A stretch of DNA of 27,902 nt from a virus (IMGVR_UViG_3300005077_000117:1-27902), one strand, 5' to 3'; counted from the stretch's first letter, positions 1 through 9,543 are shown. A program made the numbers and translations. Notes: a model not told the origin generated them from the letters alone.

Positions 1-2023
1 CCTTCCAACTGTCCATGTCGCCGGTGACGACGGCGTAGAACCCGTCCTGCCAAGCGCCGCGCAGGTCGCCGAAGACCTCGTAGCCCACCTGGCCGAACTG
101 CGTCAGTTCGTCTTCCATCTCGGCCACGCCGGCGGCGAACCCCTTGACAAAGTCATCAGAATTCTTGGCGTTTTCAATCAGGGTCTCGCGCCATTTTTTC
201 TGGCGGTAGGCGGCCAGGGTGGTCTCGATGGTGCTGATCTGCGCCGACACATCCCGGGTGTCATCCAACTGGCCATAAAGGGCGTCGCGGTACTGCTGCA
301 CCTGGTTGTCCAGGGCCTCTTTCTGCTGCGCCTCATACTGCGTGCCGTACTCGCCGATGCCCTCGTAGAGCTCCTTCCAAACATCGGCGATTTCCTTGGC
401 GCTGGTCTTTTTGCTCTCGACCACCGCCTTGTCGGCATTAAGGCTTTGCCCCTCGTAATCCGTCAACCATTCCTTTTCGAACCCCTGCAACTCCATCTGG
501 CGGTCGTAATACTCGCCCAGCATCTTGACCGACTTGTCCATGGCGTCGCGGCGCTGTTCCGCCACCCACTGCTCCCACTGGCCAGCACTCAGTTTCCCGG
601 CATTGGCCTCGGCCTCTTTGGCGATCATTTCTTCCTGGGTCGCCAGCCAATCGGCAGCCAGGGCCGGGGTCTCGGCCAGGGCCTTGAGATACGCCTTCTG
701 CTGTTCCTCCAGTTCCTTCGTCGCCTTGGCGTTGTCATTCGTCGCCTTGGCGTTGTCATTCGTCGCGGCGGTGTTACTCGTGGTTGCTACAGTCGCCTGT
801 TTTGATGCATCAGCCTTAAAGACCAACGCATGTTGCGTTTCTCTGATACCGGCAACCTCGGTGGAGTGCGCATTGTTGATTGCCGTAATTGCGCTATGAT
901 AATCCTCGGTGGCTGTCGAGATGTTCCGCAGGCTCTTTACGACGTCAGATGCGTCGATTTCCATTCCTGGTATCTTGTTCAACAGTGCAACTATGCCGCC
1001 AAAGGAATCCGCGGCCTTTTCGGCGAGTTCATCAAACGCCACAAAGAGCGCAGCCTTGATGGTTTCGCCGCCAACCTCGAAGTTTTGCACCATTCCGTCC
1101 CAGGCAATGAGGATTTCTCCTATTGCCCAGGCTGAAAATTGTCTGTATTCTTCAACTCCTTTAGACGCTAGTTTAAGCCCGCCCGCCAGTGCGTCCATCA
1201 CCATGCCAATGCTCTGCGCGAAACCGGCGTTGTTGAATGTCCTCAGCAGGTCATCCCAGGCTGTTTTCATCCTGTTCAAATCAGCCTGCATGGAATTCGC
1301 CGCACTCTTGGCAGGTTCGGCAACTTTTTCGTGCAGGGTGGCGGCAAACTTGTCAAAAAATGCTGCATCTGCAAAAACATCACCGCTTTGCAGCATTTTA
1401 TCCAACTGCGCCGTGGTCACCCCCAAGGCATCAGCAGCCAGCTTAAAGGCCCCTGGCAATCGTTCGCCCAACTGACCGCGCAATTCTTCTGCGGAGATTT
1501 TGCCCTTGCTCATCATCTGCCCAAGGGCCAGAATTGAGCCTGCCGTGTCGTCAGAGCTCAGCCCCAACGCAGTAGATGCTTCAGCCACTGCGCTGAAAAG
1601 GTTTTGCACCTGCGACATGCTCATACCAGTGCCGTCTGAGCTTGCGGCAAGTTTGGCGAATCCTTCAGCTGATGTGTTGAGATCGAGACCGAGGCGCTCT
1701 GATTCTGCCCGGACAAAGGCAAAGGCGGCGGCGGCGCCTCCACTTGATCCGGTGACTAATTTTAGTGTGTTATCAATTTTATCTGCCTGGACTTGCGCAT
1801 TGATCAGCGCGTTGGCTGCGCCAGTCACTGCTGCGCCGATCAAACCCCATGCTACGGCGGAACTGGCGGCCATGGAGGTGGTGGATGCGCCGTATTCCCT
1901 GGTGCTGGTCGCGGCGGTCTTGGCGTCGGTGGACACCTTGGTCAGATGTTTCTCGACCTCTTTCAGGGCCGGGGCAGCCTGATTGTCACCGACGATGATG
2001 ATTTTGATTTTTTGGTCAGCCAC
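1..2023 (-). CDS. Tail tape measure protein (5' part; runs off the window)
   Basis: Absent from the ORF track because there is no stop in the window. Manual translation from GTG at 2023: MADQKIKIIIVGDNQAAPALKEVEKHL...LALGQMMSKGKISAEELRGQLGERLPGAFKLAADALGVTTAQLDKMLQSG, a typical tape-measure motif. Ala-rich, follows the tail chaperones, and its start overlaps the upstream stop (GTGGCTGA). Confidence 0.93.
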   Translation of the reverse strand, partial: MADQKIKIIIVGDNQAAPALKEVEKHLTKVSTDAKTAATSTREYGASTTSMAASSAVAWGLIGAAVTGAANALINAQVQADKIDNTLKLVTGSSGGAAAAFAFVRAESERLGLDLNTSAEGFAKLAASSDGTGMSMSQVQNLFSAVAEASTALGLSSDDTAGSILALGQMMSKGKISAEELRGQLGERLPGAFKLAADALGVTTAQLDKMLQSGDVFADAAFFDKFAATLHEKVAEPAKSAANSMQADLNRMKTAWDDLLRTFNNAGFAQSIGMVMDALAGGLKLASKGVEEYRQFSAWAIGEILIAWDGMVQNFEVGGETIKAALFVAFDELAEKAADSFGGIVALLNKIPGMEIDASDVVKSLRNISTATEDYHSAITAINNAHSTEVAGIRETQHALVFKADASKQATVATTSNTAATNDNAKATNDNAKATKELEEQQKAYLKALAETPALAADWLATQEEMIAKEAEANAGKLSAGQWEQWVAEQRRDAMDKSVKMLGEYYDRQMELQGFEKEWLTDYEGQSLNADKAVVESKKTSAKEIADVWKELYEGIGEYGTQYEAQQKEALDNQVQQYRDALYGQLDDTRDVSAQISTIETTLAAYRQKKWRETLIENAKNSDDFVKGFAAGVAEMEDELTQFGQVGYEVFGDLRGAWQDGFYAVVTGDMDSWK

Positions 2024-2420
2024 GGCGATTCCGGTTTCCACGGTTCCTGCGATTCCTGGCGGCCATGATTTCCAGCGCCGCCTGTTCCAGCTCCTGCAAG
2101 CCGGCAAACATTTCAGCCTCGTCGTTCCCTGGGGCGATGTCCAGGCCGAGCAGGCGGGCGGTGGGGGCAATCACCGCGTAATCCAGGCCCACCGGACCCC
2201 CTGGTCCCATGCGCCACTGTGTCAGCATGGCCAGGAACAGCCGGGTGGGGATGATATTTTCCGGCCAGAGGGCCACGGCCTCTTCCGCGGCCCGGGCCTG
2301 TTCGCGCGCCCGCAGCGCGGTCAGCGCCGGTTCCGGCACGCCCATGGCGCGGGCCGACTCCACGGCCCGCTCGACATCACCGCCGCCGCCGTCCATGATC
2401 CGGCGGGCGGCGGCCCTCAG
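2016..2420 (-). CDS. Tail assembly chaperone C-terminal extension (gpT-like, DUF1799-like), probably made by -1 frameshift
   Basis: WPEN..LFLAMLTQWRMGPGGPVGLDYAVI motif. The frame is open from the slippery site at about 2420-2426 (KLRAAARRIMDGGG...). Confidence 0.8.
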   Translation of the reverse strand: MRAAARRIMDGGGGDVERAVESARAMGVPEPALTALRAREQARAAEEAVALWPENIIPTRLFLAMLTQWRMGPGGPVGLDYAVIAPTARLLGLDIAPGNDEAEMFAGLQELEQAALEIMAARNRRNRGNRNRRG

Positions 2421-2731
2421 TTTTTTTGCCGGCCCCGCATCAGCGCCAGGCGGTAGGCCTGGACAATGGCATCGGCGGCGGGTATGTAGTTGTCCAGCAG
2501 CTTGGCCAGATTTTCCGGGCTGAACTCGGCATCCATGTTCTGCCAGCCCACCACCAGGCGCAGGGCCGCGTCGAGATCGCTGAGACGGCCCCCCTGGGCC
2601 TCGGTGGCCAACTCCATGAAGGCCGCGCGGCCCATGTGGCGAAACTCCAGATCCAGCCCCAGCGGATCGCCGCCGGGCTGGGGAATCATGACGGTGGCCG
2701 TAAAGGTCGGATCAGGTTGCAGTTTGAACAT
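2417..2731 (-). CDS. Tail assembly chaperone (gpG-like)
   Basis: 104 aa MFKLQPDPTFTATVMIP...LVVGW...LLDNY. Lies between tail tube and tape measure and ends in CAA AAA AAC TGA. Confidence 0.85.
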   Translation of the reverse strand: MFKLQPDPTFTATVMIPQPGGDPLGLDLEFRHMGRAAFMELATEAQGGRLSDLDAALRLVVGWQNMDAEFSPENLAKLLDNYIPAADAIVQAYRLALMRGRQKN

Positions 2732-2742
2732 TGGTCCCTCCG

Positions 2743-2789
2743 GTAGGGGCGGAAAATTTTCCGCCCGTACAAAAAATTTTGCCCCCTAC
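2743..2789. repeat. GTAG-type REP-like palindrome
   Basis: GTAG GGGCGG AAAATTTT CCGCCC GTAC followed by AAAAAATTTTGCCCCCTAC, an opposed half copy whose GTAG supplies the tail-tube stop codon. Confidence 0.55.
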
Positions 2790-3748
2790 AGCATGACCAG
2801 GCGGACTTCATCGTTGCCGCTGACCGGCAGCACCCGCAGGGTGTATTCCATCAGCAGCAGGCCGTCCTTGTCGGTGGGCTTGGGGCTGGTGAGCTGGACC
2901 GCGGGCAGGTACAGCAAGGCCTTGTTGCCGGTGGTGGTCCCGATCACCAGGCCCAGGCTCATGGTGGTGTTGGCCTCCACATGGCCGGCGAAGGTAACCT
3001 CCTGGGCCGCGGTGAGATTCAGTTGCATGGTGGCGGTGGACGCGCGGTCGGTGATGCTGACCGACTCCGAGCCGAGCAGCGCCAGATGGGTGACCACCTG
3101 GCCCAGGTCCAGCTCGATGCCGCCGCTGACGTATTCGGTGCCGCCGCTCAGGGCGCCGGCGGCATAGGTGCAGCCCAGGGTGATCTGTCCGCAGTTGGCA
3201 TCGGTGAGCACAAACGGCACCTTAAACGCGGAATCGTCCACCCCACTGGGGGTAGCCGCCGCGGGGCCGCCGTCGACACCAACGAACTCGAAGCTCAGGC
3301 TGGGAATCTCGCCCACCAGGGCGGACAGCTTGACGTTGCCCTTGCTGTACAGCAGTTTGTAGCGGGCGCCGTCGCGGAAATAATACTGACTGGCGCTTTC
3401 CTGGCCGGTGGTGACGGGCAGATATTCGACCCGATCGGGGGTGGCCTCGATGTTCTGGTCCATGCCGCAGGCGCGCAGCAGGGGACCATAGGCCGGGGGC
3501 GTGCCGGCGGCGCCGCTGCCGGCCAGTTCGACGGGATAGCTCAGCTTGGCGTATTTCACCCCGGCCAGCTGGGCCTTGGCGCCGAAATAGCTGGCGAGGA
3601 CGTTGCGTTCCTTGTTGTCGTAGTTCACCTCGTGGCTGGGCTCGCCGCAGAGGATGGCATTGGCGGCGCCGGTGGGCACCGCGTCGGTGCCGGGGGTGGT
3701 CTCGATCTTCGCCAGGACGGTGGAATTTCGTAGATATCGCTCGGACAT
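2786..3748 (-). CDS. Major tail tube protein
   Basis: 320 aa from MSERYLRNSTVLAKIETTPGTDAVPT; GSGAAGTPPAYGPLLRACG motif; AAGGAG RBS; lies upstream of the chaperones. Confidence 0.85.
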   Translation of the reverse strand: MSERYLRNSTVLAKIETTPGTDAVPTGAANAILCGEPSHEVNYDNKERNVLASYFGAKAQLAGVKYAKLSYPVELAGSGAAGTPPAYGPLLRACGMDQNIEATPDRVEYLPVTTGQESASQYYFRDGARYKLLYSKGNVKLSALVGEIPSLSFEFVGVDGGPAAATPSGVDDSAFKVPFVLTDANCGQITLGCTYAAGALSGGTEYVSGGIELDLGQVVTHLALLGSESVSITDRASTATMQLNLTAAQEVTFAGHVEANTTMSLGLVIGTTTGNKALLYLPAVQLTSPKPTDKDGLLLMEYTLRVLPVSGNDEVRLVML

Positions 3749-3779
3749 GGTCGTGGTCTCCTTTCTTCCTGCCAGCCGG

Positions 3780-4205
3780 TCAACCCCGGCGGTAGCGTTC
3801 CCATTGGACATTGAGGCCATAGCCGGCGGCGCCGCGGATATCCGCCGGCAACACATCGACAATGGCCTGTGGTATCAGGCGGCCGTCGCTGATGATGAGG
3901 TCGCGCAAGAGGGGCTCGACGGCAATGAGCAGCTCGGCGCAGGCCGCCGGGGTCCAGCCGGTGCCCGGCTCGGCATCCAGGTCCATGGCGACCACCTGGA
4001 TGGTCATCCGGTCGCGCACGGTGACGGAGGTCATGCGCTGGTCTTCCATCTGGGCGCCGAGAAACCGCACCCGCAGGGCCGGCAGGGCCACGCCCTGGCC
4101 GGTCAGGTCCGGCAGGTTGCCGGTCCATGGCGCCGCGGCTGATCCCGGCAACCCGGCGTTGATGGCGGCGCAGACGGCCGCGATGACATCGGTCACGATA
4201 CCCAC
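3780..4205 (-). CDS. Putative tail terminator / tail completion protein
   Basis: 141 aa directly upstream of the tail tube; called on synteny only. Confidence 0.5.
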   Translation of the reverse strand: MGIVTDVIAAVCAAINAGLPGSAAAPWTGNLPDLTGQGVALPALRVRFLGAQMEDQRMTSVTVRDRMTIQVVAMDLDAEPGTGWTPAACAELLIAVEPLLRDLIISDGRLIPQAIVDVLPADIRGAAGYGLNVQWERYRRG

Positions 4206-4207
4206 GT

Positions 4208-4825
4208 TCAGTCGGCCCCCTCGCCGCCGGCGACCTTGCCCTCGATGCCGAAGGCGTAATTGAGCTGGGCCGCCATGCGCTTGGCGAAATATTCCTTGAT
4301 CTCCGGCTCGTCACGTTCAAAAACCTTGGCCATGGCCTCATCGATCCGGACGGTCCCCTTGACCACCGGAAAGCGGTGCCGCAGGTGGCGCGGGGTAGAA
4401 CCAGCGCCTCTTCCGCCGTGGACGTAGAGAGCCGGATCGTAAAAATCCGACCGCTTCCTGATCCAGATGTTTTCCTGCCCGCTGTAGATCCTGGCGAGAA
4501 AGGCGCCCATGTACTGCCGATTGCCGACCTCGACCCCGACCATGGGGTTGTAGCTCGGCTGGCCGAGCTTGTAGGGCGACAGGTTCCACAGACCGGCCCA
4601 CAGGTGGCCCTGGGTACTGGCGTTGGTGACGCTGGATGTGAGCACGCGGGAGGCGATGTCCTTTTGCCGCACAGCCAACTCCGCCGCGGCGTCGCGTTTG
4701 ACCCTGGTGCGGACCCAGCGCAGGGTGTCGCGGATGGCGCGGGCCTGGGCCACGGTGGCCTTTTTCGGGTAGATGGCCCGGTACAACGCCAGTTGTTCGG
4801 TCAGGCCCTGCATCTCAATGCGCAT
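4208..4825 (-). CDS. Minor tail protein Z-like (tail completion)
   Basis: Basic protein with ARAIRDTLRWVRTRVKRDAAAELAVRQKDI and GAFLA..RFPV motifs; TGATG coupling at 4823-4827. Confidence 0.65.
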   Translation of the reverse strand: MRIEMQGLTEQLALYRAIYPKKATVAQARAIRDTLRWVRTRVKRDAAAELAVRQKDIASRVLTSSVTNASTQGHLWAGLWNLSPYKLGQPSYNPMVGVEVGNRQYMGAFLARIYSGQENIWIRKRSDFYDPALYVHGGRGAGSTPRHLRHRFPVVKGTVRIDEAMAKVFERDEPEIKEYFAKRMAAQLNYAFGIEGKVAGGEGAD

Positions 4826-5124
4826 CAGGCGTACCTCTCGCACACGGCGTCGGTGACGCTGGTTGACGGGTTGACGGACAGCACCATCCAGTGCTGCCCG
4901 TCAATGACCAGGTCCTGCCCCACCCGCACGGTCAGGGCCTCGATCGGCGCCACCAGGCGGTAGCGCTCGACCGCCGCCATGGGGAGGCCGGCCATGGGGA
5001 CGGCCGGCGCCAGCGGGAACCACAGGGCGGTGACCGGTACGTTATCCACCACCAGGACCTGCCCGAACAGCTCGTCGCCGAGCAGCTCGAGCAGGTCGTC
5101 CTGGACCTCGGTCAGCAGGCCCAT
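4825..5124 (-). CDS. Head-tail joining / head closure protein (FII-like)
   Basis: 99 aa with VGQDLVIDGQHWMVLSV beta-rich C-terminus; synteny. Confidence 0.6.
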   Translation of the reverse strand: MGLLTEVQDDLLELLGDELFGQVLVVDNVPVTALWFPLAPAVPMAGLPMAAVERYRLVAPIEALTVRVGQDLVIDGQHWMVLSVNPSTSVTDAVCERYA

Positions 5125-5126
5125 GG

Positions 5127-5513
5127 CTAGTAGTACTCCACCGCCACGGTGAACTTGCCGGCGGTCAGGGCCGCGGCGGCAATGGTCATGGTGAGTCCCA
5201 GCCCGCCGGAGGTGGCGCGGATGGACGTGGCCGCCGTCGATACCGGCACCACGTCCAGCAGGGCATTGGCGCTGAACGAGGCCACGGCGGTGGCCGCCAG
5301 CACGTCGGCGGCGTTCAGAATGTGCAGGGCGATGGTGGCCGATCCGCCGGAGGTCAGCGCGGTGTTGACATGCACCATGCCGTCATTGACCACCGCATCG
5401 TTGGGCAGCCGGTCGCCGCGCAGGCTGATGGTGCCCACGGCGCCGCCGTCGCTGGCAAAGTCGTACTCGAAATAGGCCACCCGCTTGGTGGGCTCCAGGC
5501 CTTGTCGGTTCAT
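5127..5513 (-). CDS. Virion structural protein downstream of capsid (decoration/cement candidate)
   Basis: 128 aa, Ala/Gly/Thr-rich and beta-like; AAGGAG RBS; follows the capsid gene. Confidence 0.55.
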   Translation of the reverse strand: MNRQGLEPTKRVAYFEYDFASDGGAVGTISLRGDRLPNDAVVNDGMVHVNTALTSGGSATIALHILNAADVLAATAVASFSANALLDVVPVSTAATSIRATSGGLGLTMTIAAAALTAGKFTVAVEYY

Positions 5514-5593
5514 ATCAGTTCTCCTTATCAGTGATCAAAGGTCAGGGAACGGAGGACCGGGGTACTCCCGCATCCTCCGTGGTCGTCACCGCA

Positions 5594-7507
5594 TCAGACG
5601 CCGGCGTTCTTGGCCAGGGCCTTCCAGTCCAGGGCCTTGGCGGCGGCGTCGATGCGCACCTTGTATTCCACGCCGTCCACGTTCCAGCCGCTCTTGGTCT
5701 CCAGGTACGGGGTCTGCTGGCCGTTGAGGAAAAAGACCGTGACGGTCATGCCCTTGGGGCCGGCCAGATACCAGGCGGTGGTGCTGGAGTCGTCCAGCCG
5801 CGCGTCGTACACGCGGGTAAAGCGGTTGCCGGCATAGGGGTTGGTGCGGGTCGAGCCGACGCCCGAGCCGCTGAACTGCGCCGAGTTGAAGAAAATCTCG
5901 GCCGCGCCCTCGATGGTGGCCGGGGCAATGAAGTACTGCGCGCGGATATTGAGCCGACGCTTGGCCTTCAGATCCTTCTGCAACTTCATCAGCTTGATGG
6001 CCTCGGCAATGGTGGTTTCACTCACCACCCCGGCGGTGCCCAGGTTGTTGTGGCTGGCGTAGAACAGGGCCACGCCGTCCCGCATGGCCGCATTTGCGGT
6101 CAGCACCGCATAGGCCACGTCGCCCACTTTGCGCGCGGCGGCCTCGCCGTGCTTCATGGCCGAAGCCATGGCCAGGGTGGAGGTCTTGAAGTCGGGCAGG
6201 CTGCCGGTGTTGCACCACTCGGCCCAGGTCTCGCCGGCGGTCTCGTAGCCGGCGGCCAGGCTCTTGTTGGCGATGTTGCCCAGGATGGACGGCATGTCCG
6301 AGCTGGTGATCGACCGCCCCAGCATCTCCATCACGGTGCCGCCGTCCGGCTGATTGGCCAGCACCAGCCCGCGACGGGCCAGCTCGCGCAAGGAATACCC
6401 GCGCAGCTCCTCGGCGCCGGCGGCGGGGGTGGCCACGGCAATGCCGGCCCGCAGCAAAATGGCGTCCTCGGCGGCGGCGCGGAACTTGTCGCGCTCATCC
6501 AGCCCGACCGACAGCCGGAAACCAGGTTGCGGCTGGGCGGCGCGCTGCTCGGCCACATGGTCCAGCACCTTGGCGCGGGCATCCAGCACGCTGACGCCGT
6601 CGCTCACCAGCTGGCGGGCCAGCTCGGCACAGCCCATGCGCGCGCCCATGGCCTCAATCTCGGCGATGCGCCGGCGCTCTTCAGCCACGCCGGCCCGCAC
6701 GGCGGCGTCCACATCGGGCGCGCCGGCAGTGTCCGTCGGGTCCAGGGGCATGACGCGGAGAAACTCCAGCGCCTCGTTTTCGGTGGCGGTCTGGGCAAGT
6801 CCCCGGCTTTCCAGGAACGCCCGCAGTCGTGGGTCCATAGCGGTCTCCTTCTTTTGCGGCTCGGGGTTGCTTGCCCTGGCCTCGGTTATGATGGCGGCCG
6901 CGGCGCGAGCCTTGGCCCCTTCATCCGCCCCGATGGGGCAGATACTCAGCTCCTTCACGCGCCAGGCGGTGACCACCCGCACGGGTCCGGCAAAACTCCG
7001 GCCCTCGATCACCGCGCTCTGTCCCTCCGGCACCCACACCGCCCCGCCGGGCTCGACCGCCCCACCGGGCTCGATGCGATAGCCGATGGAAAAGTCGGTC
7101 AGGTGTCCGGCCCGCACCTTGTTCCAGGCGCTCTCCACCGCCGGATCGTCGGCGAAATGCACGCGGGCCACCAGACGGTCGCCCTCCACCCGCAGGTTGC
7201 GGGCCGAGCCCATCACCGAGGCGACGCCGCCGCGATCATGGGTGTCCAGCAGCGGCACCTGCCGATTGTCCGGCAGCCGCGCGCCGCTCATCAGCAGCAC
7301 CTCGTCGATGGGCTCCCAGCGCTCCCAGTCCATCACCCGCACCGGCGCCTCGGTGGCGCATACCGCCTCCACCGTGCGGGCGTCCTGGTCCAGGCTCAGC
7401 GGTCGGCCGTCCTCGGCCAGCGAGAGCGACAGGCCACGGGTCTGGATCTCGCGCGCCGGCGCGGATCGGGTCATCATGGGGTCAGGCCCCGGGTTCGGTG
7501 TCGTCAT
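5594..7507 (-). CDS. Prohead protease-major capsid fusion, apparently with an internal in-frame deletion
   Basis: N-terminal HK97-type protease motifs (VPLLDTH, DFSIGY, ELSICPIGAD). C-terminal capsid motifs (SDMPSILGNIANKSL, DFKT, ALFYASHNNL, WNVDGVEYKVRID). Confidence 0.9.
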   Translation of the reverse strand: MTTPNPGPDPMMTRSAPAREIQTRGLSLSLAEDGRPLSLDQDARTVEAVCATEAPVRVMDWERWEPIDEVLLMSGARLPDNRQVPLLDTHDRGGVASVMGSARNLRVEGDRLVARVHFADDPAVESAWNKVRAGHLTDFSIGYRIEPGGAVEPGGAVWVPEGQSAVIEGRSFAGPVRVVTAWRVKELSICPIGADEGAKARAAAAIITEARASNPEPQKKETAMDPRLRAFLESRGLAQTATENEALEFLRVMPLDPTDTAGAPDVDAAVRAGVAEERRRIAEIEAMGARMGCAELARQLVSDGVSVLDARAKVLDHVAEQRAAQPQPGFRLSVGLDERDKFRAAAEDAILLRAGIAVATPAAGAEELRGYSLRELARRGLVLANQPDGGTVMEMLGRSITSSDMPSILGNIANKSLAAGYETAGETWAEWCNTGSLPDFKTSTLAMASAMKHGEAAARKVGDVAYAVLTANAAMRDGVALFYASHNNLGTAGVVSETTIAEAIKLMKLQKDLKAKRRLNIRAQYFIAPATIEGAAEIFFNSAQFSGSGVGSTRTNPYAGNRFTRVYDARLDDSSTTAWYLAGPKGMTVTVFFLNGQQTPYLETKSGWNVDGVEYKVRIDAAAKALDWKALAKNAGV

Positions 7508-9014
7508 CGCCCTGCACTCCCTGTTGCGCCACCGCCGCCGGGTTGTCGGCCAGGGCGGTGGAGATGGTGTTCATGGCCACGGTCAGGCCCATGTCGCGGG
7601 CCATGGCCTCGGCCTCACTGATCTCGCGGTAGATGTCCTCGAGGTCGCGGCCCCGGGCGGCGGCGATCTCCTGTGGCGAGCGCAGGCGCGCGGTGATCTG
7701 GTCCACCTGCGCCTTGCTCTCGCGGCTGATGTCGATGGAGTCCATGCCCGGCGCCTGCCAGGTGCAGCGCAGCCAGGGGGCGGGGTCGGCGAAGTAGCGG
7801 CCGGCGAACGGCAGGCGACCGGCCAGGACGGCCTCGTCCATGAACCAGCGCAGCACCGGCTGGCAGAAGCCGCGCACATGCCGCGCCACCATGGGCCGCA
7901 GGGCCTGGGCGAAATCCACCCGCACCATCTTGCCGGTGGAAAAGTTCATGCCGGAGTAGTCGCCGGACAGCAGCTCGTAGGGCACGTTGGTGGCCGCCGA
8001 CAGCATGGTGAGAATCAGCCGCACCATGGGCGGGAAGTTGCCGCCGCGGTTGTTGCTGGCCAGGTTCATGGTCTCGCCGGGCCGCAGATACTCGATGATG
8101 GCGTTCTCCACCGTGTCGAGCTTCTTGCCGTCGTCGTCGTCCACCTCCAGACCCAGCTGCCGCGAGGCGATATCCGGGGTGGTGACGAACCCCACCCACT
8201 TGGCCGCCATCTTGGCGGCGTCGATCTCGGTGTCCATGTATTGCGACAGGTCGCGGGCCAGCATCACGCCGGGGGCAAAATCGCTGATGCCCACCAGCTG
8301 TCCGGGCCGCAGGGTGCGATACCCATGCAGCACGTCGGCGGCGGGAATGCGCATGGTTTTGCCCCAGCTGTCGGGGTCGGTCAGGTGATAGGCCACCGGC
8401 CGACCGGTGGAGCGGTCGTATTCCACCCCCTGTTCGATGGCGTTGCCGGCCGCCACGGCGGCGCCGCAGCTGGTCAGCCAGTCCACCTCCACCGCCTGCA
8501 GGGCCAGGGGGAGATAGCGCCCGCGGTCCGACAGGTGGCGGCGAATGAAGAGGTAGTTGCCGGTCTCGTTCTCCTGGCGCTTGGCCAGGTGCATCAACTC
8601 GTAGAAGTGCAGCCGGCCCGAGACATCGGCCTCGTCGGCCCAGCGGGCAAAGGCGTCCTCGACCCGCTGTATGTGCTTTTTATGGAGTTTTTCCGCGGCG
8701 GTGCGGATGGAGGACTGATAGACGATGCCGGCCCCCACCACGTAATCGGCCAGCACCTGGTTGGCGCGGGCAAAATAGGGGAAGTCGCGCACCAGCTGGC
8801 GCACCCGCGCGCGCACGGTGGCGGCGCTGGCGCCCACCAGGTCGTTGATACGGCCATCGATGGCGGACCAGTCCCCAGAGGCCCGCGGCGACCGCGCGGC
8901 GGCATACAACGCCGACCGCGCCGCGCGCCGACGGCAGGCGCTCGCCGGCGCCCACACCCCCACCAGGGAATCAAGGGCGTCGCCAAGACGCCGCAACACG
9001 GGCCGCCCGCTCAT
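7482..9014 (-). CDS. Portal protein, lambda family
   Basis: 510 aa with VRARVRQLVRD, RPGQLVGIS, VPYELLSGDYSGMNFS and SPQEIAAARGRD motifs. Confidence 0.95.
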   Translation of the reverse strand: MSGRPVLRRLGDALDSLVGVWAPASACRRRAARSALYAAARSPRASGDWSAIDGRINDLVGASAATVRARVRQLVRDFPYFARANQVLADYVVGAGIVYQSSIRTAAEKLHKKHIQRVEDAFARWADEADVSGRLHFYELMHLAKRQENETGNYLFIRRHLSDRGRYLPLALQAVEVDWLTSCGAAVAAGNAIEQGVEYDRSTGRPVAYHLTDPDSWGKTMRIPAADVLHGYRTLRPGQLVGISDFAPGVMLARDLSQYMDTEIDAAKMAAKWVGFVTTPDIASRQLGLEVDDDDGKKLDTVENAIIEYLRPGETMNLASNNRGGNFPPMVRLILTMLSAATNVPYELLSGDYSGMNFSTGKMVRVDFAQALRPMVARHVRGFCQPVLRWFMDEAVLAGRLPFAGRYFADPAPWLRCTWQAPGMDSIDISRESKAQVDQITARLRSPQEIAAARGRDLEDIYREISEAEAMARDMGLTVAMNTISTALADNPAAVAQQGVQGDDDTEPGA

Positions 9015-9241
9015 CCACGGCCCCCATCGCGCAGGTGCACCCGCAGCCTGACGGCGCCGCTCTCCAGCGCGGCCATGTCGCGGGCATGGTCAATGGCCGC
9101 CCGCAGTTCGGCCGCCGAGGCCCAGCGCACGGACAGACCGTTCCCGATGGACGCCGCGGCCTTGTCGAAGCGGGCATTGCGGTACAGGGTCAACAGGTGG
9201 GCCAGCAGCTCGGCCCAGGTCGAAAACGCGGTGCTTGGCAT
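9011..9241 (-). CDS. gpW-like head completion protein
   Basis: 76 aa coupled to the portal (ATGA overlap); SIGNGLSVRWASAAELRAAI resembles gpW-family proteins. Confidence 0.65.
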   Translation of the reverse strand: MPSTAFSTWAELLAHLLTLYRNARFDKAAASIGNGLSVRWASAAELRAAIDHARDMAALESGAVRLRVHLRDGGRG

Positions 9242-9515
9242 GCCGCAAGGCTACCCGCCGTTTTTCGCCCGATCTGACCCACGGCGGCATATGCGGACGC
9301 ACGGGCACACATGCGCCCGTGTCGGCAATCACGGGGCATTTTTTTGCTTGACAGGGATCAGCGCGGCAGGGGGCAGGTGAGACGGCAGGGCGGGGATCAG
9401 GAGAGGGCAGGGCCGGACAGCCCGCCGGTACCGGCGATAGACCGTGGGTTTTTTTTATAGAGTTTCAGCACGTTGCACGAAAAGTATTTTTTCTCACCCC
9501 CCATGCATTATTTTC

Positions 9516-9543
9516 TTGACTCAATCTGTGAGTCGTGTAATAT
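9516..9543 (+). promoter_or_regulatory. Sigma70-type promoter with overlapping inverted-repeat operator
   Basis: TTGACT (9516-9521), 16 bp, TAATAT (9538-9543). GACTCA-N5-TGAGTC palindrome at 9518-9534. AT-rich upstream tract. Confidence 0.7.

Noticed and set aside
5531-9380. Long plus-strand ORFs (696 aa and 764 aa; likewise 11861-13738 and 16896-19067)
   Set aside because: Antisense shadows of GC-rich minus-strand phage genes, with no motifs.
9360-9430. GGCAG-rich stretch as a third pentamer array
   Set aside because: Only runs of 2-3 units in phase, and no conserved tail.
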